From: Lama glama
Taxonomy: Eukaryota
Length of the DNA: 64,000 nucleotides
NCBI GenBank assembly: GCA_028534125.1
Contig: CM052816.1
Location: forward strand, 71,860,001-71,924,000
Direction: 5' to 3'
Made by a program: the position numbers and the translations under genes. The notes beneath the pieces were generated by a model that searched no databases, was not told the DNA's origin, and saw only the letters and a list, made by a program, of their open reading frames with translations. This document shows positions 36,626 through 50,154 of this stretch, piece by piece; the stretch's first letter is position 1; each line of letters opens with the position of its first letter.

Positions 36626-37854
36626 TACATTAGTAAAAGAAGTCTGTGAAAGTATTCTATTTATATGATCCTTCTATGCACTTGTTATATGAAACCACAG
36701 TTCTCAGCTTTGGGCTTTGGTTTGTGATTTTATATTGTAGTTACATACCCAACACTACCCTAGTCTTGCACGTAGAGGTACTCACTAATTATCTGTACAT
36801 TGTGTAAATGATTGAAAAATAAAGGTATGAAGCCAACAAGGCACGTTAGAGTACTCCTAGTCTTTTCTTTAGGGTTCTAATTCCTGCACTAGAGGACCAA
36901 GGAAATGTAGGGCTTTTTTTCACTCTGTTTCCAATGACTCATTTTTAAAACGGAGTGAAACATTATCCCTAATTATAACTGCAACCTGCTCCTCTGAGGT
37001 TTTTAAACCCTGTTTAAACACCAAATTGGATTCCTCCAATGACTATATTCCTTTATCCATCCCTCTGATTTTTATTTCAAGGCCATTGAATCACTGGGTA
37101 ATTGAGTCCATTTTTACATCCATCATCTCCAGTCACTTGTTTTTCAGTGATTGCCTCTGAGACTTATATAATCTATGGAACTTTTTCCATTACCCTATAT
37201 TCCGTTTGAACTATTCATCCACCAAAACAAACCTCATCCAGAGGGTCCAGATCTTTCTTTTACATATTGAATCTCAGCCTTACCTTCAACCTTTCCCTTT
37301 AACAATTAAAAATATAGGTACATAAGAGATATATGTATAGGTATATTCTGATATGGATTTTGGTCTAAAGAGTGATTTGCCTTATGACTCCCTGTGATGC
37401 TGTCTTCAATTCCCTGCAAAGTAGTAAATGACTGTGAATAAGTAGCATTAAATACTCATTTCTGTTTGGCAGTGGGGACCCCAGATGCAGCGTGTCCTTG
37501 TTGCTGACTCGAGAAACCTTGATGCTCAGAGAAAAGCCTCCTCGGGTCATTCCATTGTCACAAAAGAAGCCCCAGGACGGAATATGCTGTCAGTGGCATG
37601 TGCTTCAGTTTCCAGGCGTATTCATTTTGCTTAATATTTATCTCGTTTGCAATATTTTCCCTTTGCTCCTCCTGTTGATCAACTTGAGTTCTCATGGAAA
37701 GGCTGGTCTTCATTCCTTGGAAGTTTAGATCGCTGCTCTCTTTAGAGGTAGCGTTTCATTGATGTGCAGCCCAGAGGCTATGCCCTTTGACCATTATCTC
37801 ACTGATATACACAGACAAGACTTAGCAATTTCCAGTAATAAGCTTTTTCCTCTT

Positions 37855-38110
37855 AATAATCTAAACATCGTACTTTATATAGTGTTCAAATTCATTTTAT
37901 ACTCATTATGCTCATTACAGAATTTCACTTAGACTCATTGTAACTCTTTGATCATCATAACAATCCTGTGATGAGGGCAAGTCAGGTATGATTGTTCCCT
38001 TTGTTGCTCAGAAGTCATCAACTAGTCAAGTGACGAGCTAAAGGTCATATGGTTCTTGAAGGGCACAACAGACACTAAAATTCAGATGATCTAACTTTTC
38101 ATGCTGTGCG
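37855..38110 (-). mobile_element. MIR SINE, decayed
   Basis: tttgatcatcataacaatcctgtgatgagggcaagtcaggtatgattgttccc...aaggtcatatgg. Confidence 0.65.
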
Positions 38111-39419
38111 GAATTCATTTATATTAATTAAAATCCAAATGATTTTAAAATTTCCTGACAAATGTCAGACCTGCTTTTATAGAATATTGGCTTTTAGAGA
38201 GTTTACAGAGAGCTATCATTTGCCCTAAACATGTTTCTTAACATCAATTAGCTCATAGGTGATCTTAATAAGGAAATGATGTCAGTGTCATGTGGACATT
38301 GAGTTCATAACAGAGTATTGAGTTTACCTCTGTAAATCAGGCACTTTGCACTTTATTTACATTTCCATCCTAGCTATATTACCTTTTTTTTTAAGTAAAA
38401 TAAATCTTATGTTTACCCTAATCTTTTTTAATAGGAAATTTAGCATGTCTGCTTAACTGTGATAGTATTTTTATTAGGATCATTACTGGTGTGTTAAACT
38501 ATACTTACAAGCTTAATAGTATCTAAGTGATTGATGATGGTTTAGCCAAAGGTGATGCAAGGAGAGGAGGAGAGAACGAATGAATGCAAGATGTATGGTT
38601 GACATAGCACAATGGGACTTTTTGAAGATAGATTAAATGGGTAGGGCGAAGACTGAAGTGTGGAGGTCATCAAGGGTGATGCCAGTGTTCAAAGAAGCTG
38701 TCCAAAATGCAGATTTAAGTTGTGTGGAAGTTTTGATGGTCATATGTAATTTAGGGCATGAGCAAGGGAGTAGGCAGCTGAGAGGAGGTAGAGGACTAGG
38801 ACAGAGGAGAAGAGGAATTCAAGCAAGAGGGGATACTGAAGTCAAGGAGAATGAAAATAGGAGTAGAGACAGACAAGACTGAATCAGGAGCGTAAAAAGC
38901 CTTTAGTTGTCTCACCTGTTGGAAGAGGAGCCAGAATCTTCTAAACTTGTTGAAGGTCTCCAGTAGTCAGAAAGCTGGGATTATTTAGGGAACACAAAGA
39001 TCTTGTTTTACCATTTTCTTGGTATGGAATAGTGTTACCAAAGATTTAATATTGTAAATGCAGTATCAATATGTGAATGCTTAGAACTATTGGTATGATG
39101 GAAAAGGTTTGTTCCAGGCCCTTTCTAATTTGAGAGTCAGTTGAGCACCAATCTGGGATCCAGTGTCAGACCCTAATAACTAACCCAGTAAGGGATCTCC
39201 TTAGAGAGATTTCATATTTATTTTTCCATTGGTCCATAGGCCAGGTGTGAAATACATTTTCCTACTAGCTACTGATACTATATAGCATATTCTTAGCTCT
39301 ATAATGGAAAGTGGCTTCTAATCTCTGCATTCTTGCAATATCTATTCCATCACTTGAGTCTACACAGCCTTGTGTTGTTCTCCAGATGTTTTATATAGAA
39401 GTAACTAGTTTGATGCAGG

Positions 39420-39640
39420 CAGAGTGAAGTGTTCTATCCCTGAGTCTCCCACAGCACTTGTTCAGGCTTTGTCATATCACTTGTCACATTGTATCATATT
39501 CATCTCATCTTTCTGCATGTAAATCTCTCCCTGGGCTGTGAGCTTGTCAATGCAATGGTCTAGTTCTTGTTTGCTTGTTTCCCTAGTCTAGCAGAGTGCC
39601 TGTCATATAATAGCTTCTCAATAAATGTTTGAGGAAGGGA
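39420..39640 (+). mobile_element. L2 3' end
   Basis: ctgggctgtgagcttgtcaatgca...ctagcagagtgcctgtcatataatagcttctcaataaatgtttg. Confidence 0.75.
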
Positions 39641-40074
39641 GACAGGTAATGTTGGACCCATGTCTTGCATTTCAGTGTCTCTCCCCAAGCAGCAAACACA
39701 GTGCTACTCATCTATTCAGAGCTAGACACTGAGAGAGAATGGCAAGCAAAGACAGACCCAGTCTCTGCTCCCACAAAACTTACTGTCTTATGTCAGTTTT
39801 ATAAGTGTTTAATAAATAGATTTAATTCACTCAAGTGCTTAGTAAATTCAAATTAATTCATTTAGATACAGTCACCTAGAGCTACTTAAAAAAGTTGCCA
39901 TCCTTTATCACTTAATTTCATTTGACCTTGTTTGCATATTGGCATCTTCAGAACCTCCATGTCATTTATTTTAGGTAAAGTTACTAAGCCGTCACCTCTG
40001 CCCACATGTGTGCTCCTGTGGACCGACTTCAGTGCCACCTCTTGATAATGACAGGGACAGTAATTAACATGATG

Positions 40075-40625
40075 CAACTCATTGTCATTTACATGGTTCT
40101 CACAAGGTTATCATTGTGTTTCATAATCACAACAAGTGTGTAAAGTAGGTGGGGCAGGGGCTACTGTTTCTCCAATATCACAGATGAGAAAGCTGAGACA
40201 GAGAGAGTGATTAAATGACATACTGTTTTAAATTTTTTTTGTTGTTTTATAAAACACTAGATGAATGTAAGGCATTGCCTGGGTTCTCTTAGAGCCTAAT
40301 CTTGTACCCAGGATTTCTGGTTCTGAATAACAGGTACTTTTCATCCCAATATGCTACTTCTCTATAATATCCAGTAATAATCAGTGCTTATTTTTAGCAA
40401 CTCTTTAGTAAGCATGTAAGTGCCAGGCACGGTGCTAGTCAATGATATCATCAGTCACTCATATCCACCACATAAGAAAAATATCTTCCCTATAAGAAAA
40501 AAATCCTCTTTAGAAAATGAAGAAAATTGGGCAATTAAGGATTAATTTACCTGTGGTCTCACAACTGCATGGATGCACTTGCTTCTAGACTTCACACCTT
40601 CGGTTGCAGATATGCTACAAATATG
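40075..40625 (-). mobile_element. Two tandem antisense MIR fragments
   Basis: tcacagatgagaaagctgagacagagag, and taagtgccaggcacggtgctag...aaatgaagaaaattgggc. Confidence 0.7.
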
Positions 40626-43600
40626 AGCTCCAATGTTATAATTCTCTTCACTCATGACGTTCATTGTTCTTCAATGCATGAATCACATCTCAGTGAGTAT
40701 ACAGAGTACACCCTGTGCCAGAAATCCCCATCATCCATGAGTGCATACGGCTACGTATTGAACTTGAGTTATCAGCTCTCTTGCGGAGAGCACCTTTTAA
40801 CCCTTGGAGCCCCTTGCTGCCAACAGACCTTAGCCAACACCACCCTGGGTAACCAAATACATTGTCCTAACTCTGAATTTTGGCATGGTCGGTGTCTCAT
40901 TGAGATTCCTTCTTTCCCATGAGCCTCAACCAACCCCATTCCCCGCCTGCAATTCTGAAAACTAAAGTGGTAGTATTACTAAACTACAGGAAACTACAAA
41001 AATAAAATATGTTTTTATCCGCTTCCCAAAGGACCGGTGAAACTTACATTAAGCCCACATTTACATAACTGACAGAGGTGAATTAAGTGGCTCTTACTAG
41101 AGCTGAAACTAACCTTAGGTAATTTTCTGGATCTTGTTGGACTCTTCAAATCATGTTATGATTTGAAAATATACTACACACCCACCACCCTATTATATAT
41201 TAAAATCATCTAAGACCCTGCCACTTACTCTAGTTATCCAGGAGTTACTATCTGTTCACACCCTTCATACCTTCCATGGTAGTAGTGTGGGCCTCAGCCA
41301 AAACGGATGTGGGAGTATTGAGTTTGATCAGACTAATGTAGCTAAAATAACACACCAATACTGGCAGGAAATCTAATCTTTTTCTTAACTATTTCTCCAC
41401 TTTTGCTAAAGCAAGCCATATATGTGTCCTTGATTTACGCATACCCATGGCGTTTTGCAATACGTGTGAGTGTATAATTTTTTAAGAAATCCATCAAAAG
41501 GGTTTTCATTTTTGCAAGTCTAAGCGAACAGCTGCCTTCAGCTGAGACACATTTAACTTTCTGACAGGTACAAGGATTCTGATCCCCAGGGACGAGCACT
41601 TTTCTTTTCAGAGCCATCGCCTATCTGTGTGACTCTCTGGGAGAAACAGGCAATATCCATGCATTCGTTATGGTTAAAGGAACCCTGAAGTGTCTACTCA
41701 TTTGCTTCTTAATAGAGGAGAGACTGACTGGTAATGAATGAAATTGGCTTCTTTTTCTTTAGAAGAATCTTAGTACAGGATCTGAGAGGTCTTCTAGGTC
41801 GTCCCTTATAAACTAGAGATAAAGGATTTGCTAAGCAATTGTAAGAGAAAGACACATTTCTCAGTTTCTCTATTTGCCATATAGGGGATATTTTCTTTGA
41901 AAACTGCTAGAAATAATTTATAAGGGTGTGCTCATTTCTAATCCCTAAAAGAAAATAAATTAATAGGAAATAGTGAAGTATTACATCAATTTTATGTATA
42001 TTAAAACCTATAATATTCAGTTTATGGTAGCTGCTACAGCTTAGCTTCATAAGCTGAATCCATATCTATTTGATATTATTTAAAACAGACAGGATCTAGT
42101 GCAGTGTTTGAGTTAGTATGTCCCTTGTTCACTATGGTGCTTTTGCAGATAGAAGAACTCTGCCTAAAATCAAGCATCTTAGAATTGGACTTCTGTGATC
42201 TTACCATCGCTTATAATAAAGAAAAACTACTTGGCTGCTTTTGTAAGTTTTGAGGGAGAAAAATAAATATTTACTTTTAGTAAATATACTACCTTGTGAT
42301 ATTTAATTTCTTTTTTTGAATTCACAGTTCAACTGGCGAGTTGGTAGTCTTGTAATTACCCAGATAAACTGATTTTGATATTTTTCTTCTTAATAAATGG
42401 TGGGAATATTTACATAAAATATTAATATATTTTGAGGCTTAAATAATACTCCTGACCCTCTATCTTTGTGATGTGAGTTTTGAGATTTTCCCCGTAGTCC
42501 TCATGAATTTTGTAGATTTCACTCTTACCAACTTGCTCCTGCTCTCAAGGCCTAAATTGCTTAGATTAATTCAATTAGATGCAAATTCATCAAGAATTTT
42601 AATATCAGCATGCTCCAGAAAGAAGTCATGCATGAAATATTCTTACTTAAAAGTAACAGTTTAGATGAATGTTGAATTTTAACTTGTGGGAACACCTTTA
42701 CATTATTTCTCAGTTAATAAACTCAGAATATTTTTAAAGATGGGTGCCTTTAAGTTAATTAGAATATAAACTAAATCAATTCACAAAAAAGAGTTATGTA
42801 TTACTGATATAATTTATTTTAGAAATTTCTCTTTAGAATAAATACCATGATGTCATACTGTGACTAGATACATACAAAACTGTATTGCTCTCTACATAGA
42901 TGCTTCTAGATCATTTGTAATTGCTTCTGTTTTTTCACCTACTTTTTATTCTGTCTACCTAATTCTGCTATTTTGGTAACCAGGGTAAAATTTACATGAC
43001 AGTAATTTTTTAAACGTCAATAACTTGTTATTCTATATTCTTTTTCTTAAGGTATTCAACATACATTTTAAAAGTTGAACCTAGAAGCAAAATTAATCAA
43101 TTTTATGGAATGTAATCTTAATAAAAATGGAATTTTTAAAATGATGAACCCTTACATCTCTTCCTTCCTTAATATCCATATGCTGATATTCCCATCGCCC
43201 CATTTCTTGGATGACATGTTACATTAGACTATATAATTTCCTAGGCTAGTAGTTTTAGTTGATTTAATATTGTTTCATAATCAGCCATAATATATCTGCT
43301 ACACAAGCAAAGATAGAGTAACTGCTTTTGAAAATATGAAGAATGCAGACTAAGAATGCAAAAAAATGTGTGAATTATCAACCACACAATCATTTTTAAT
43401 AATAATCATAATCTATGAGCGTAGGAAAAGGCAAAACAACTGATAAATTTACTGTTAATCCTCTATGCGAGAGAAAGAATCGGGGTGGGGAGAGAGGAAC
43501 CGGAGTGAAAGGGACAGATGGGGTAACATTAATGCACCCATAAATGCATATAAATTGTTTTAAACATCCGAATCTCAAAAATGTGATGAACTTTCTCAGT

Positions 43601-45439
43601 AACTTATTATATCACTAAGATTTCATTATTTTGATGAAATGCACTATGTTCATTCAAATGCAATACAGTCCTAAGTAACACTTGAGTATATGAACCGCAC
43701 TTGTCAAAGTAAATGAACAAAATATTATTTTGATGTAGGGCCCTTGAACTATTATGGCATTGGTTTTGTTTACATTGTAATTTTCAAAATTAAGTAATCT
43801 ACATGGTTCCCTAGTGTGAATTAACAAGGAGCTCTCAATCAATGTTTCACATTTTCTTCAGCAAGCCCATGGAGGAAAAAAGTGCCTGTTTTCTTTCTTG
43901 GGGTATAAAACTATTGTATACTGTAACTCCATGCTTCCCTATGAAGAGTGTATTTTTATAGTAGACATTACAGCACCTTTCCAGAAGTTTTGATTCATGT
44001 ATTTAACAAGAAAAACCAAAAACTGCATTCAGCATAATTTCATAATCATGAAGCACAGATTTATATATTCTAATGTATGAATCCTTAAGTCTTTCCATTG
44101 AGGCTATTTCAGACTGTCTTTAATTACTTACTGATGTAGTCATGTGAACAAGCTGAAGCTATTTCAGTGGGCTGCCTGAAGTTAGCTGCCTTTTCTTTCT
44201 CACCAGAAAACAATCAAATGCTCATTTTCCAGAAGTCTTCATCTCTCACATTTGACAAATCTAAAATCCATTCTTTTCCTTTGAAAGTTCATTCCTTCAT
44301 AATATAAATTAAGACTCGCCTAATGATTTCAGTAAATAAAAACAAGAGAATTAAGAATAATACCAATCCATAAAGGCAAACTCTCTACATGGGAAAGAAA
44401 ATGTAAAAATAAATAAAAGGAAGCAGTAATTTCAAAGGCAAATCATTATTTATTGGAAAAGCCAAATGTGTATCAATGTAGCATTTCATTGGTCACGATG
44501 ACTTGAGAGAGTTTGAGGATAAACTGAGAGAGTAATCAGTAAAATATGTAAGAGTGGGAGGGAGGACACCTGTTGTCATAGATTTTAAAAAGCCATGTCT
44601 TCAAAGACGGCTTACAAAGAACAAACACAAAAATACTAATCTATCGCTCTATTCTCAAAGCCACCAGAGAGAAGCTAGAACTAACAGGAATGATGATCCT
44701 GAACTAATTGGATTTTAAATCAAGATCAAAATGCAGCATGCATTATCCAGAAATGGAACAGTCTAATTTAGTAATTACGGGATTCGCTGCAGTTGACTAC
44801 ATCACAGCGCTCACTGTTTCAGGCATCAGGTCCACCCTCACTTCCCCTGGGAGAGCACAGCTTTCTCATTTTTTGCTGTTAGGAAACTTCCATCAATGCT
44901 TTGTTTCAATTTCTCATTCTCTCTTATCTCCTTTGTATGATTCCCTTTGCTGAGTACAGTTTCCAATCAATACAGTAAAATGGTATCCGTAAATACAATT
45001 TGGAAATTATTACACATATCCTCATTTCCAGTAAATTCTACTTTGAGCCTGGGAACTTTAACCCTTTTATTCTTCCCCACAACTCAAATCACAGGAAAAA
45101 AAGAAATTAAAAGGAAAATAATTCATCCTTTGTCACAATATGTGGGGAGAAATAAATAGAATAGGGGTAGATCACCACCGAACTTCCAATATTGAATGGA
45201 ACTCTTGAACTAACTATAAGGTATGGAAGTGGAATTAACTGTTGCTACATATTGAATAATACAGCTTAGGAGACACTGTTTTCTACCATTTGCAAACCTG
45301 GTGGTATCAGACCAATGTAACATCAGGTTACCAGCGGCAAAAAATTTAAGATTAGAAAACAGAAGAAAATTAATATATTAGCTATATATTTAGATTTATA
45401 TTCTAAACTATCTGTATTCTAAAATGATGCCACATTAGA

Positions 45440-45660
45440 GGCACACACAGGTTTTGGAGGTAACCTGACTGCAGGTCTACTGACAAGCTCTGTGACCTCA
45501 GGTAAGAGATTAAATTCCACTCAGCCTCAATTTTCTCTTCTGTAGAATGAGACTAATAATAGGACCTACATCATAGGACTTCAGTTAAGATAAAGAATGT
45601 AAAGCTTTTATGATGCTGTCTGGCTTGTGGTAAAGGTTCTGTCAGTGTTAATCGTGTGGT
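45440..45660 (+). mobile_element. MIR SINE
   Basis: agctctgtgacctcaggtaag...agcctcaattttctcttctgtagaatgagactaataataggacctacatcatagg. Confidence 0.8.
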
Positions 45661-45795
45661 TATAATTCTGAATATCCATTCAAATCTTCAATATTGTATG
45701 ATTTAACTAAACAACTTAAAAATAATCCTTTTCTCTTTGGCCACAACATCAGAGAGGACAGAAGTTTAAAAAACAGTTTGCAGTTTAAACCAATA

Positions 45796-46005
45796 AAGAT
45801 CTTCCTCGACTTACAATGGAGTTACATGTCGATAAACCTGTGTAAATTGAAAATATCTAAGTCAAAAATGCATTTAATACACCTAACCTACTGAAATCAT
45901 ACCTTAAATGTGCTCAGAACACTTACACTAGCCTGCAGTTGGGCAAAATCATCTAACACAAAACCTATTTTAAAATATTGAGTACCTTGCATTATTTATT
46001 GAATA
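45796..46005 (+). mobile_element. MER47 (Tigger5-derived non-autonomous DNA transposon), left half only
   Basis: TA followed by aagatcttcctcgacttacaatggagttacatgtcgataaacc...aatgcatttaatacacctaacctac...cagttgggcaaaatcatctaacacaaaacctatttt. Confidence 0.85.
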
Positions 46006-46495
46006 CAAGACAGTCCCCTAATTCATGATGTTTTGATTTAACGAGTTTTTGATTTTATGATGATGCAGCAAAAGCAATACACGTTCAGTAGAAACCATAC
46101 TTTGAATTTTGGTCTTTTCCTGGGCTGGTGATTTGTGGTTCCATACTCTCTCATGACACTGGGCAGCCGCAGTTTCCCAGGCAGCCCTGTGATCCCCAAG
46201 GTAAACAACCGATACACTTAAAACCATTCTGTACCCAGACAACCATTTTGGGGTTTTTTCCTTTTAGTGTGGTATTCAGTTAATTTCCACGAGATATTCA
46301 ACATTTATTATAAAATAGGCTTTGTGTTAGATGATTTTGCCCAACTGTAGGCTAATGTAGGTATTCTGAGTACGTTTTTAAGGTAGGTGAGGCTAAGCTA
46401 CGTCGGGTGCATTAAATGCATTTTCAACTAGGATATTTTCTACTTACAATGGGCTTATAGGGAGGTAACCCCACTGCAAGTCAAAGAACATCCTG
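46006..46495 (-). mobile_element. MER47 (MER47B-like), near full length, inverted relative to the neighbouring copy
   Basis: Starts after a TA with caagacagtcccc (right terminal inverted repeat) and ends with gtaaccccactgcaagtcaaagaacatcctg (left terminal inverted repeat). Contains aaataggctttgtgttagatgattttgcccaactgtaggctaatgta. Confidence 0.85.
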
Positions 46496-47159
46496 GAGGG
46501 TGACTCAGTTTTTCAAGGCAGCATTTCTAGGTTGTCATGAGGTTCCATTTTGTCAGTTTACTGGAGTTCATCATTTCATTGTTTTGGATAGTAAAGATTA
46601 AAAATAACAAGATTTTTGAAGACTTTAGGTATATAAACTAGGAACCAAAATTTTAATTTCTGTTGAGTTATATGCTTATACCCCGACTCAGCATATTCAC
46701 TCCATAGAGGCAAACCACATGAAAGAGAAATTGTAATGAGAAGGTTGCTTAGTGTGCATGACTGAGAAATACAGGATTTCGTTTTTAACGATGTAGCCAA
46801 AGAATGTCTGAGGTACACACCTCCTCAGTAGGAAGTGACACCTTCCACTGAGGGCAGCAGCTTGGCCTTCTGGGCCAGAGCGTCTTCTCTTCACACCAAA
46901 TTTAGTTTTTAATGCTTTCATCCTTTACCAGCATCTTCCCATTCAGATTTTCCTGCTCTTTTTAAAGGATATGTTAGCACATCCAATCAGAGCCTGTCAA
47001 GTATTGCTGGCTTGAGAGATACCCTCTTGTGGATGATTTTCATGCTTTTTCAATGATCCATTTGTTGTTAGTTTTATAAATTAACTCCCAGAGGGATTCT
47101 CCGTACTTTCAGTGTTGATAGGCTCCTCTATGTTTGATCCCATGTACGGAGTGCCAGTA

Positions 47160-47400
47160 CAGCCTTGTGGTTGAAATTGTAGGCACTGGAGCCAGCCTAC
47201 AGGTGTACAGCCTGATTCTGACACTAATTATCTTTGTCACCAGGCTCCAGTTTCTTATCATCTCTATCTTTGTCTTATCTATACTTATCATCTCAGTTTC
47301 CACAACTGTAAAATGGGATAATAGTATCCATCTCATTAAAGTGCAGAGAATGGTGTTTGGTGAATAGAAACTATACACTGAACAATTTATTATTCATTAT
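47160..47400 (+). mobile_element. MIR SINE
   Basis: cagccttgtggttgaaattgtaggcactggagcc...tctcagtttccacaactgtaaaatgggataatagtatc. Confidence 0.8.
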
Positions 47401-48229
47401 TATTATTACATCATTATTGCATCATTCAATAATAATCATAATGATTATTATTTCCAGAATTCTTGTGAGAAGACTATCAGTCCATCTGAATAATATTAAA
47501 ACCAACCCTTCTGAACCTTAGACACTTTCTCAGAACTCACTACCTCAAGGAAGTAAGCAGTAACACTTTCCTTCTAAGAAAAGATCTTTACTGTATCAAA
47601 ACCTTATCCTTTCTTGTCATCTTTTACTCATCCAGTCATTTAATTAATATCTATTAGGCAGTCTATAACATGCCTGAGACTCTTGTAGGTACCAGGGTAC
47701 AGACGCTCCAAGAACTACAATCTAGAGTTCAGCCTTTTCATGACAATTTCTAAGGTTATTATTGTCATAACTAGTACAAGGAAATGCCTAATCTTCTAAT
47801 GTAAAAACTCAAATCATTGACTTACCCTGAAATATCATATATAATAAAAAGTAGTGCTATTTTTCTAGATTATGTTCACACTACTTCCTTGATAATGTCG
47901 TTTGATTCCTACATGACTTCAATATAAATACAGGATGTGGAATATTCTCACTATGCCTTAATGGTTCAAAGATAAATAAGTTAGTTGTCTTAGAAATACA
48001 TCTCTTTGCTTATACATCTTGACAATTACCTAGGTCAGTATATGCTTTTCCTATTGGTTCCAAGAGTTAAATTTCAGGAAGCTGGAAGTACAGTATTGGA
48101 GTTCATCATGTTTATAGCTTTCTGTTCTCCCAGGAAAAACAAGAAATCCATTTTGTTGACCTTCAGACATGGTGCTCTGCCATGCTGAAAAACAAAGTGT
48201 TTATAAGACAAGAGCTAAATTTAGATTTA

Positions 48230-48985
48230 GGAGACATGAGTTTCTACCTATAAGGGAGTAATAGGATTTTGAATTAACCTCCTGCCATAAACAACTAGAA
48301 ACTGGACAAAATATAGGAAATAAATACTTCCATTCTTTCAACAACAGAGAACACAACACTGTGATCTCTGAGAGTAAGGAAACAAAAGAATGAGAGCTGC
48401 AGTTACCCAAGGCTTCTGCTTACAGAAAACTTCTGAAGTGTAGCACAGTGAGGGGAAATCAGATAGAGCCTGGAGGCCTCCCTGAGTGAAGAGGCAGCTA
48501 GAATTTGCAGAGCATTTGCAGGAGGGAGTTATGCGGCAAAAGGGTTACAGAAATGGGCACAGGCATCTTCTTGAATATTTGATTTAAGACCAAGTTTTGT
48601 ATGCGTAGAATGAAACCCCAAGAGGCAAGGCGAAAACAACTTCAGAGAAAAGAAAACTTTCCCAGCAGCTAGACCAGTGTATAATTTCCAGAGTCCACAA
48701 CAGGGCCAGTAATTGTTGAAATTCCCACTAACCAGGGTAGAGAGGCCTCTTTGAATACTCAGAACATTTACTAGAGGCCACCTAAGGGTCACACCGTAGA
48801 AGTAGGGCTAAATTAACCCTTGGGGAAAAAGCTCCTGTAAAGCCATCCTAAAAGAACTTGAAAATAAGCCTCAAGAGGATAAAATTCATCCATGAGTAGC
48901 CATACTACCTGCCAGAATGAAGTCTAATGCCCTTTACTGGAATACAACAAAATCCAGTACTTAACAATGTAATAGCCACCATCCA
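48230..48985 (+). mobile_element. Old L1 5' region (L1MC/L1MD 5'-end-like)
   Basis: ataaacaactagaaactggacaaaatatag...cactgtgatctctgagagtaaggaaacaaa...aaaataagcctcaagaggataaaattcatcc. Confidence 0.65.
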
Positions 48986-49009
48986 TTAGATTTAGTTTAA
49001 CCATAAAAT

Positions 49010-49359
49010 TATTTCAGGAGCTATATATGAAGTCATTAGCACTTTTACCAAATGCCTGTCCTGTTCTCAAGCACGCATTAAATCTATACTTTCAACTTTA
49101 CCTTAAAATTAGGTCACACTCGGCCCTCTTTCCTTATATGATGCTCTAGGTGTGACAAGACTAATGCTCCAGGTGTGACTACTGTGCCCATAGGTGTGAC
49201 TACTCTGCCCAGTGGGAACTTCAGTTCAAACAGGAAGCAGAGATTGGAGCCAATCCTCATTGGGTGTATCTCATAAGAAATAACATTTTTTATCTTAAGC
49301 CTCTAAGATTTCCATTGGTTGTTAACCTCAGTATAATTTAGCCAGTCTTTACTGATACA
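49010..49359 (+). mobile_element. MaLR LTR (MLT1H/J-like)
   Basis: 3' end aagaaataacattttttatcttaagcctctaagattt...gttgttaacctcagtataatttagccagtctttactgataca. Confidence 0.75.
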
Positions 49360-49787
49360 TTGAAACTAAGTTAATAAAAAAAAAGAACAATTACAAAATT
49401 TCTAAACTGTAGGAAACATTAGCATTTATGATTTATTTCAGCTTTTCCCAGATCTGTACCAGTGTGTATAGGAAACTTTGAATTAAATGAAGTTTACCAT
49501 TAAGTGAGTTACTTATAGCCAATACTTCTTCAGATTCTTTATCAGCTTTGAATTCTCCAGTTAAAGTCTATGTGATAAATTATGTTTCCAAATTTATTGT
49601 CCATTAGACCTTTTTTTGCCCCAAAAGTCTCCAGCACAAGTACTCTGAGGAACATCCTTTTGGGAATGTTCTTCCCAAAACTACTTCCAATGCCCTCATT
49701 TTCCAAATAAAGTGAAACCTCTAAATGTATAAATTAACAGATAATGTATAAATTGCACAACTAGAACCCAAGTCTCTTAATTCTTAG

Positions 49788-49834
49788 GTTTTTTTGTTTT
49801 TTTGTTTTTTTGTTTTTTTGTTTTTTGCTTTTTG
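49788..49834 (+). repeat. (G T6-7)n T-rich microsatellite
   Basis: gtttttttgtttttttgtttttttgtttttttgttttttgctttttg. Confidence 0.9.
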
Positions 49835-50154
49835 TTACACACTGCATGCAGTGCATTACAGGAAAGGATTAAGATTTTATTTTTCCTCATGAGATAACTG
49901 TTTTCCAAAAGAAATGATAATTGAAACACTTTAAGAAAGTTTAATCTCTCAGAATCTTAGATTTGCACTCTTTTTCTTAGATGAGATGGAGGACAATTGG
50001 GAATAATTATATTTTGCCGTATGTACTTCACAGGAGTTAATCTACATTGATAGAGGTAAAGTATCAACTTAAATGAAATTCAGATAAGTCACATTAACAG
50101 TTGAGCTCATTTGAGATCATTTAAAAGCTGAAGGCTCCTTTCAAATGCTGCACA

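Noticed and set aside
40569..40922. 117-aa ATG-initiated ORF
   Set aside because: It starts inside a MIR remnant, has no recognisable domain and no supporting splice or promoter context.
46823..46853. Small hairpin cctcagt-a-ggaag...cttcc-actgagg as a miRNA or structured RNA
   Set aside because: A 12-bp stem is far too short for a pre-miRNA, and no ncRNA family motifs are present.
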